NCBI GenBank assembly: GCA_036503335.1
Contig: DASXXC010000419.1
Location: 20,363 to 84,362 of the forward strand
Reading direction: 5' to 3'
Source: Thermoanaerobaculia bacterium
GTDB taxonomy: Bacteria > Acidobacteriota > Thermoanaerobaculia > Multivoradales > UBA5704
DNA length: 64,000 bases
The position numbers and the translations under genes are program-made. Under the pieces are notes generated by a model. The model had not been told where the DNA came from and did no database searches. It saw only the letters and a program-made list of their open reading frames with translations. Shown in pieces: positions 1 to 6,345 of the stretch (within the stretch, counting starts at the first letter, position 1; every line of letters starts with the position of its first letter).

Positions 1-704
1 TAATTGATATTGCTCAAATCTGGCGCAACCCCTCCGAGATTCAAATGCCCCCAATTGATGCCTAGCAAAAAGACTCCGCCCTTGTCCTGATTCGCCACGC
101 CTGGACGCCCCATTAAATCAAGAGAGATCCGCACAAACACAGGCGATCCGCTGGCGCCGATCAGTGATCTGCTCTCCACCAAAAAACTCTCTTGGCGCAA
201 TCCCGAGGGTAAAGCAATAGGTTCTAATGGCATCATGGCAATGTTGCCGAAGCGCAAAATAGGATTGTTCGATTCCTTTCCGTCATGCGTAATAAACCTG
301 CCGGCGGTTACTACGTCGTCGCCAGGACCTATGTTCAGCTCCCGGACTAGATCGTGAGTTACAAACATGTCGGTTGAAACGTGTTTGAATTTGTACGTGT
401 CGGTCGGGTCGAGCTTATAGATGGCAACGTCATCGCCGTTTTCATGGTGAAACCAGCCATCCTTTGTGGTTTCGACTACATCAAAACCTCCGCCGATTCG
501 GTTAATTCGAATAACCCTACAACTACCTATGTCACGTACAACATGGCCGTTCGTTACGATGTACGCATGATGGAAGCCGGCCAACTGGCCCGGCACGGAA
601 ACCCAAAACCCACAACCACCAGCTCGGCGCCCCTCCTGAGCCGCCTCGGTAGAAGGATAGAAGTAGACCACGCATTCCAGAAACCGGTCATCGATTCTCG
701 GCAT
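1..704 (-). CDS. Trypsin-like (S1 family) serine peptidase, 5' portion. The ORF runs off the left edge of the window, so it is absent from the supplied ORF track. Start ATG at 704.
   Basis: My manual minus-strand translation from 704 downward stays open to position 1. It shows the catalytic-triad contexts TNGHVV (His), DVAIYKLD (Asp) and GASGSPVF (Ser; GDSGGP-like). The underlying DNA is clearly lower in GC than the rest of the window. Confidence 0.5.
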   Translation of the reverse strand, partial: MPRIDDRFLECVVYFYPSTEAAQEGRRAGGCGFWVSVPGQLAGFHHAYIVTNGHVVRDIGSCRVIRINRIGGGFDVVETTKDGWFHHENGDDVAIYKLDPTDTYKFKHVSTDMFVTHDLVRELNIGPGDDVVTAGRFITHDGKESNNPILRFGNIAMMPLEPIALPSGLRQESFLVESRSLIGASGSPVFVRISLDLMGRPGVANQDKGGVFLLGINWGHLNLGGVAPDLSNIN

Positions 705-849
705 CCGACTCCTTTTCCACAGCGTTACAGGCTCACCTCTCGCGGAAAGCGTCTTCCAAGGCTCCAGAGGGTAGCTTAGCAAATTCGTTCTTGGGGTCTC
801 AGGAAACACGGCGCCCTCCCTTGACAATGCTAGAGCGGTATAGTACAGT

Positions 850-1737
850 ATGGTCATTATGGCAAACGTCCTCAGCAACGCCGACCGGACCGCCGTCGTC
901 GCCGCCCTTGTCGAGGGCAACTCGATCCGCGCCACCTCCCGCATGACGGGGGTGGCCCGGAACACGGTCACCAAGCTCCTCCTTGACCTCGCGAAGGTGT
1001 GCGCGGCCTACTCGGATGAGCGGCTGGTGAACCTGCCTTGCAAGCGGCTCCAGGTCGATGAGATTTGGGAGTTCTGCTACGCCAAGGCGAAGAACGTGCC
1101 GCCCGCGAAGAAGGGCGTTTTCGGCTACGGCGACGTGTGGACGTTCGTTGCCATCGACGCCGATACCAAGCTGGTGCCGTCGTGGCTGGTGGGCTCGCGG
1201 GACATCGGCAGCGCGACCGAGCTGATGCAGGATCTCGTCTCCCGCCTCTCCGGCCGCGTGCAGCTCACCACAGACGGCCTGAAGGCGTACATCTCGGCGG
1301 TCGAGGACGCTTTCGGCGGGGACGTGGACTACGGGATGCTCAACAAGATCTATGCCGCTCCGCCGAACGGCCCAGAGACGCGCTACAGCCCCGCCGAGTG
1401 CACCGGCTGCGAGAAGCGGGTGATCGTCGGCAACCCCGACAAGAAGCACGTCAGCACGTCGTTTGTGGAGCGCCAGAACCTCACGATGAGAATGTCCATG
1501 CGGCGCTTTACGCGGCTGACGAACGGCCACAGCAAGAAGGTGGAGAACCACGGCGCCGCCATCGCGGTCCATTTCGCCTACTACAACTTCTGCCGGACTC
1601 ACATGAGCCTCGGAAAGGGACCGGACGGTAAGGGGGTGACCCCGGCGATGGCGGCCGGAGTCGAGTCGCGGAAGCTCGAAATCTCTGACCTCATAGCCTT
1701 ACTTCCCGATTCAGAAAATAAGGCGGGGTCAAAATGA
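850..1737 (+). CDS. IS1-family transposase (single fused ORF)
   Basis: An N-terminal HTH-like region is followed by a DDE region. The C-terminal block ERQNLTMRMSMRRFTRLTNGHSKKVENH and the ...RTHMSLGKGPDGKGVTPAMAAGV tail match the InsB-type C-terminus (ERTHLNIRTHLKRLARKTICFSRSVEMH pattern). The gene is isolated and flanked by non-coding repeats. Confidence 0.8.
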   Translation: MVIMANVLSNADRTAVVAALVEGNSIRATSRMTGVARNTVTKLLLDLAKVCAAYSDERLVNLPCKRLQVDEIWEFCYAKAKNVPPAKKGVFGYGDVWTFVAIDADTKLVPSWLVGSRDIGSATELMQDLVSRLSGRVQLTTDGLKAYISAVEDAFGGDVDYGMLNKIYAAPPNGPETRYSPAECTGCEKRVIVGNPDKKHVSTSFVERQNLTMRMSMRRFTRLTNGHSKKVENHGAAIAVHFAYYNFCRTHMSLGKGPDGKGVTPAMAAGVESRKLEISDLIALLPDSENKAGSK

Positions 1738-1744
1738 GCCAGTA

Positions 1745-1965
1745 CCCCTGAAGGGCGCGACCTCCCCCTTCGAGGGCCGTCAGCGCCCCAAAGAGGGCGC
1801 GAGCTCCCCCTTTTAGGGACGCTACCATCCCCTCGAGGGCGCGACCTCCCCCAAAGAGGGCAGAGCCGGCCCCTCAGAGGGGAATCGCTGCCCTTTTGAG
1901 GGCGCTCGCTGCCCCTTCGAGGGACGCTACAATACCCAAGAAGGGACTTCAAAGAGCCGCATCCG
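1745..1965. repeat. Imperfect tandem array of ~9-10 units of ~22 bp (approximate consensus cc-ttYGAGGGcgcg-N5-cccc)
   Basis: Visible periodicity in the sequence: cccttcgagggccgtcagcgcc / ccaaagagggcgcgagctcccc / cttttagggacgctaccatccc / ctcgagggcgcgacctcccc / caaagagggcagagccggcccc / tcagaggggaatcgctgccc / ttttgagggcgctcgctgcccc / ttcgagggacgctacaataccc. The ORFs overlapping it on both strands translate to repetitive nonsense. Confidence 0.6.
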
Positions 1966-2146
1966 GAATCCACGCGTAGAGGAGGGACCGAAACCATTTA
2001 AGCTCAGCTACTTGGCAATTTCGATCGCCTCCGCCGGCCCTTGAGGGAGGCTGGACGGCGTGTCCGGTGCGCCTCCAACGGTAACCCAGATCGGAGGATC
2101 GGGGAAGAGGGCGTGGAGCGCCGGTCGACCAGCAGCTGGAGAAGCC

Positions 2147-2602
2147 ATGGAACCAAGACTCGTCGATCAATCAGCCTTTGACGTAGTGGGCCTGGAAGTT
2201 GTGACGACCCCAAAGTCGCCCGCGATTTCAGCCCTGTGGGACTCCTTCGTACCCAGGATGCACGAGATTTCCATGTCCGCTCCGGAAAAGGCGGCCTACG
2301 GAGTTATGACGCGGGACGAACGGGATCCGGGCAGCATGCGCTACCTGGCCGGCCTCCCGGTCGCGGGTGCTTCGTCCATGCCCCGGGGCATGAAGTCGGT
2401 CACCATACCCGCCGGGCGGTATGCGGTGTTCAATTCCTCCTTGGCCGAGCTCTCGCGCGACTTCGACTCCATCTACGGAAGCTGGTTGCCAGCCTCGGGA
2501 ATGCGAGTGGAGGGCCGGCCGGTCTACGAGCGCTATGGCGAGGAATTCGACCCCGGCAATCCTCATTCGCTTGTAACAATTCATATACCGGTTGCGCCAT
2601 GA
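2147..2602 (+). CDS. GyrI-like (SbmC/AraC effector-binding type) small-molecule-binding domain protein
   Basis: Begins MEPRLVDQSAFDVVGLEV... and has the overall length and composition of GyrI-like domain proteins. I chose the internal Met start over the 2060 start. Confidence 0.6.
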   Translation: MEPRLVDQSAFDVVGLEVVTTPKSPAISALWDSFVPRMHEISMSAPEKAAYGVMTRDERDPGSMRYLAGLPVAGASSMPRGMKSVTIPAGRYAVFNSSLAELSRDFDSIYGSWLPASGMRVEGRPVYERYGEEFDPGNPHSLVTIHIPVAP

Positions 2603-2789
2603 AGGTGCCAGGACCACCCCGAACTCGGGTCCGTCCTCTTAAACACATTTCTGTATCCCGTAGGGAGGCAGGAAGGGGAGGAGGGGCGAAGGAGTCCGAT
2701 CTCGAGGGGCCGGGCCGTCGCTTATCCAATCGTCATTGAGCGCTACAATAGTATACGATTGCTATAAGTCTAGAGGAGAACAAGCAAAG

Positions 2790-3656
2790 ATGCCGAGATC
2801 AACTAAGCCTCCCGAACCAAGGCCTGCTCAACTCACACCAGATCTGATGGCAAGGGGGCTGCCCAAGCTAGAACGAAGGATCGAGGAGCTTAAAAGCTTT
2901 GACGTGCGCACGCTTAAGAAGCGCGGGGATCCTGCTGCCGAGGCGCTTAAGAATAAGGTCAACGGAACGCTGCGAGAGCTTTTAGGGTACGATACTATCG
3001 AGTACGAAGAGTATAGCACGTACTCTCTGGATACACTGCCGATGAGGATAGGGGGCTATCCGCATCCGATTGAGGACATCTGGGAGGGATATCAAGAGGG
3101 GATTGATCGCGCGGTTACAAAGCTTCAGACGCTCAAGGCAGTGTTTGAGGAGCGTTTAGCTGATTTAGATGTTAGGGACGTCTCTTCGGAGCAGGAATCT
3201 CTCGCACCATCGAGCCCTAGAATATTTCTTGTTCATGGTCATGATGCGGCTACAAAGCTTGGCGTTGCTCGCTTTTTGGAACGGCTTGGGCTGGAGCCCA
3301 TAATTCTTCATGAGCAGGCCAACGAAGGCAAGACCATTATCGAGAAATTCGAGGTTCACTCCGCTGTAGATTTTGCGGTTGTATTGCTGACTCCGGACGA
3401 TATGGGTTATCCGCTCGACAAGCCGGAATTGACCCAGCCTCGTGCTCGGCAGAACGTAATAATGGAGCTTGGATTTTTTCTCGGAAGTCTAGGGCGTGGC
3501 AAAGTAGCCGTTCTCTATAAGAAAGGGGTGGAGATCCCTTCCGACTATCAGGGGGTAGCTTTTATTTCATTGGATGAAAGCGATGGATGGCACCTCCAAC
3601 TTGCTAGGGAGTTGAAGAAGGCAGGCCTTAATGTTGACCTCAACCGGGTTGTATAG
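2790..3656 (+). CDS. TIR-like / SLOG-type predicted nucleotide-binding domain protein (COG4271/MTH538-like C-terminal domain) with a helical N-terminal region
   Basis: C-terminal block IFLVHGHDAATKLGVARFLERLGLEPIILHEQANEGKTIIEKFEVHSAVDFAVVLLTPDD...PRARQNVIMELGFFLGSLGRGKVAVLYKKGVEIPSDYQGVAFISLD is the characteristic COG4271 TIR-like signature. AGGAGA Shine-Dalgarno sequence sits before the ATG at 2790. The gene is markedly lower in GC than its neighbours. Confidence 0.7.
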   Translation: MPRSTKPPEPRPAQLTPDLMARGLPKLERRIEELKSFDVRTLKKRGDPAAEALKNKVNGTLRELLGYDTIEYEEYSTYSLDTLPMRIGGYPHPIEDIWEGYQEGIDRAVTKLQTLKAVFEERLADLDVRDVSSEQESLAPSSPRIFLVHGHDAATKLGVARFLERLGLEPIILHEQANEGKTIIEKFEVHSAVDFAVVLLTPDDMGYPLDKPELTQPRARQNVIMELGFFLGSLGRGKVAVLYKKGVEIPSDYQGVAFISLDESDGWHLQLARELKKAGLNVDLNRVV

Positions 3657-3922
3657 ACTTGGAACGGTGGGTGAGGTCATTGGCCAGACCAACTCGCTAC
3701 TCGTGAGCTTCCGCGAGCGCTTGAGAGGTGTCGTCGACCTCGGCTGGGTCACTCCGATCGTTTCAGCACCCGGCGTGGTGAGAATCCCTTATGAAGCAGG
3801 GGACGGCACGATGGGGGAAGCTGTCGTCGTCGACGCGCGAGCGCTTCGCGATTGGCTGTCGCATCCGCGCTTTCACATGCCGAAGTGAGCCGCGTGCCTC
3901 ATAGGATCGGAACCGATCCCCC

Positions 3923-4816
3923 CTACCACATCAGCTCCGCCGTGACCGGCAGGTGGTCCGAGGTTCCGAGTGGCCAGGCGCGCGAGGCCCGGACCTGCCA
4001 GCCGTGGTCCACGAAGATGTAATCGATCTGCTCCTTCCAGCGCGGAAAGGTCGGACCGATCCCCCTTGAGGCGAGCTGGGCGGCGTTCTCGTGGAGGAAC
4101 GCCCTCATCTCCGGCGAGCCCGGACCCGTGTTGAGGTCCCCGGCGAGGATGTACGGGTAGCGGCTGGTGCGGACCTCCCGGGCCAGGCAGTCCAACTGCT
4201 CCCTCCGGATCTTCGAGTTGAGGCGGCCCCAGGTCGTGAGGTGCGTGGCGTAGAAGCTGATCGTGGCTCCGTCGATGCGGACCGTCGCCTCGAGGAGCGC
4301 CCGCGGCTCGCCGACGCAGGGCAACGGATGTGCCTCCGCCCGCACGATCTGGCCGCGGGTGAGGATCGCGTTGCCGAACTCGCCGCCCCACCGGACATAG
4401 CTCGGGACGAAGTAGCCGTGGAGGCCGGTGCCCGATTCCAGCTCGGCGACCTGATCGCGAAAGCGTGACTGCCAGGTCTTGCGGTGTACCTCCTGCAAGG
4501 CCACGAGGTCCGGGTGGAGGCGCTGGATCGCCTCGGCGATGTGGCGCACGTGATCGCCGTCGATCAGCTCGTCGTGGCCCGCGATGTTGTAGGTCATCAC
4601 CACGAGAGGCCGGCGCTGCGGCGGAAAGCCGGACCGCTCCGGGAAGCTGACGAGCGCGCCGTGCTCGTCGCGCGTCAAGAGGCGAAGGCTGGGGTCGACC
4701 GGCCGGGGCCGGCACTCGCCGGAACGTACGGTGAAGATGAACAAGACCCGGTAGAGAGCGGGCACGAGGAGGAGGGCGAGCACGCCGAGGATCAGTCTTC
4801 GCTTCTTGAGGGCCAT
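3923..4816 (-). CDS. Endonuclease/exonuclease/phosphatase (EEP) family protein with an N-terminal membrane anchor or signal
   Basis: Hydrophobic N-terminus (LILGVLALLLVPALYRVLFIF) followed by EEP-fold motifs (VMTYNIAG, LQEV, GDLN, SDHLPV). Confidence 0.85.
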   Translation of the reverse strand: MALKKRRLILGVLALLLVPALYRVLFIFTVRSGECRPRPVDPSLRLLTRDEHGALVSFPERSGFPPQRRPLVVMTYNIAGHDELIDGDHVRHIAEAIQRLHPDLVALQEVHRKTWQSRFRDQVAELESGTGLHGYFVPSYVRWGGEFGNAILTRGQIVRAEAHPLPCVGEPRALLEATVRIDGATISFYATHLTTWGRLNSKIRREQLDCLAREVRTSRYPYILAGDLNTGPGSPEMRAFLHENAAQLASRGIGPTFPRWKEQIDYIFVDHGWQVRASRAWPLGTSDHLPVTAELMW

Positions 4817-4959
4817 CGCTATCCGATCTCCAGGTCTCTGCTCTCCAGGTGGCGGCCCTGGACAGCAGGGCCCGGATTGTAGCGAAGCGTGGAGCGAAAC
4901 AGCGGCGGGCGAGGCCTAGAGGAGAGCGCTGGGTGGCTTGGACGCCTGGACGCCCTGCT

Positions 4960-5754
4960 TCAACTGGCGGAGGAAATCGACCAGCGCCTTGCCAGGGTCG
5001 GGCTCTCCGGAAGAGAGGACGTCGATTCCCAGCCGGCCGAGCACCTGCTGATCGATCGGATTGGGGAAGCCTGGAAGAGATAGGAACGGGGCCGCGCGCC
5101 GTCGCGGCCGACCCGCTCCCAGAGCTTCGCGAGCTTATAGAACAGATAACGGATGTTGAAGTCCGAGAAGCTGTAGCCGATGAAGAGCACGGAACGGCCC
5201 AGGACGTCGGCGCGGAGCTTCAGGTCGAGAGCCGTCTGAAACTCCAGCCGGTCGAAATAGCTCGATTCGGTCAGCACGAGCGAGGAATCGTCGTCGAAGT
5301 CACCATGGAACTTGACGATCTGCGTGACGCCCTCGCGGATCTTCACCATGTCGTCCACCTTGGCGATCCGGGTGTAGCTCCGCTCGATCCGTTCGTGAGC
5401 CGATTCGAGCCAGCGGTCATAATTGGTTGTATAGAGGATCGGGAAATCGAGATCGAGGATGAGGTTGTGGACCTCGGAATCCTCAATGCGGATATCCTTG
5501 GAGTGCCACTCCCGGTCCATGAGACTGCGGAGCGGGCCGATGCTGCCTTTCTTCAATACGTAGTACTCGGCCAGGCTCTGGAAGTTGCCGTAGGAACGGA
5601 AGATGTCGGGATCGAAATCCAGATCCCTGGCCATGAGCGCGATCAACTGGGACCACGAGGGGAGCTTCAATCCCATGGAGACCCCGGCTCCGGCGAAGAG
5701 AATCACCCGCCGCTCCGCGAGGGCGGCGATCAACTCGTCTGATGAATGCGCCAT
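4960..5754 (-). CDS. SIR2-like (SIR2_2/DSR/ThsA-type) domain protein. The C-terminal ~55 aa are probably out of frame; an alternative reading ends at 4916.
   Basis: ILFAGAGVSMGLKLPSWSQL, YTTNYD, KFHGD, SSLVLTESSYF and RSVLFIGYSFSDFNIRYL are the SIR2_2 signature blocks. The annotated tail (SPIRSISRCSAGWESTSSLPESPTLARRWSISSAS) looks unnatural. The -1 frame instead gives PNPIDQQVLGRLGIDVLSSGEPDPGKALVDFLRQLKQGVQASKPPSALL up to a TAG at 4916-4918. Confidence 0.75.
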   Translation of the reverse strand: MAHSSDELIAALAERRVILFAGAGVSMGLKLPSWSQLIALMARDLDFDPDIFRSYGNFQSLAEYYVLKKGSIGPLRSLMDREWHSKDIRIEDSEVHNLILDLDFPILYTTNYDRWLESAHERIERSYTRIAKVDDMVKIREGVTQIVKFHGDFDDDSSLVLTESSYFDRLEFQTALDLKLRADVLGRSVLFIGYSFSDFNIRYLFYKLAKLWERVGRDGARPRSYLFQASPIRSISRCSAGWESTSSLPESPTLARRWSISSAS

Positions 5755-6317
5755 ACCGGCTCCAGCTTCGCGCAGAGCGCGTCGAGCGCCTTGCGGCGCA
5801 TGGAGATCTCGTCCTTGATCTCATCTCCCATCTCTGCGTAGGTCTGGGAATAGCCGTCTGGGACGAAGAGTCTGTCCCAACCGAAACCGGCTATGCCCTT
5901 GGGCTCGGGAGCGATCCGGCCGCGGACACACCCCTTCGCCTGAACGATCTTGCGGCCGTCGCAGTATCCAACCATCGTACAGGCGAAGAGGCGCTGCTCC
6001 TCCTGCTTCCCGAAAAGCCGCAGGAACCTCTCGGGCCTCGACCGTTCAGGGCCCAGACCCATCCAGAAGCTCTGGGTCAGGCCGCCAGGCAGGCCGTTCA
6101 GGCACCGCACGTACAAGGCGGTGTGCTCGACCAGCAAAGGTAACCGGACCTTCTGAAAAGCGTCCAGCGTCTTCTGGCGGACGAGCCTGGGGAGGCTGTG
6201 AGTCTGGATCTCCTCGATCCCCAAATTCTTCCAGACGACGTCGATACCGCGGGGACCGAGGATGCTCTGAGCTTCCAGAACCTTTCGCTCAGACTGGGAT
6301 ACTAGAAAGAGCCGCAC
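5730..6317 (-). CDS. Ham1/RdgB/ITPase-family protein, divergent
   Basis: The C-terminal block GFGWDRLFVPDGYSQTYAEMGDEIKDEISMRRKAL matches the Ham1 GFGYDPIF...TFAEM...ISHR..AL region, and the fold is recognisable throughout. Canonical positions are substituted: SQS for TGN, EHTAL for EDSGL, and SMR for SHR. It overlaps the SIR2 gene start by 25 nt. Confidence 0.75.
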   Translation of the reverse strand: MRLFLVSQSERKVLEAQSILGPRGIDVVWKNLGIEEIQTHSLPRLVRQKTLDAFQKVRLPLLVEHTALYVRCLNGLPGGLTQSFWMGLGPERSRPERFLRLFGKQEEQRLFACTMVGYCDGRKIVQAKGCVRGRIAPEPKGIAGFGWDRLFVPDGYSQTYAEMGDEIKDEISMRRKALDALCAKLEPVWRIHQTS

Positions 6318-6345
6318 GCGAGGGTCTCCGTTTCAATGCTCTTGC

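Larger units (their letters stand above)
800..1965 (+). mobile_element. IS1-family insertion sequence (ends not defined), including a downstream repeat tract
   Basis: A transposase gene with short non-coding flanks. I could not identify clean terminal inverted repeats. A GCGCCCTC-containing motif near 820-830 recurs in inverted orientation within the downstream repeats, so the boundaries given are approximate. Confidence 0.4.

Noticed and set aside
381-779. 132-aa plus-strand ORF in the low-GC region
   Set aside because: Antisense to the trypsin-like peptidase reading frame, which has catalytic motifs. No motifs of its own.
1745-1965. Possible CRISPR array after the IS
   Set aside because: The ~22-bp units are contiguous and degenerate with no spacers. 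This is a tandem repeat, not repeat-spacer architecture.
3631-3888. 85-aa plus-strand ORF overlapping the end of the TIR-like gene
   Set aside because: No RBS, overlaps a confident gene and has no motifs. Probably non-coding.
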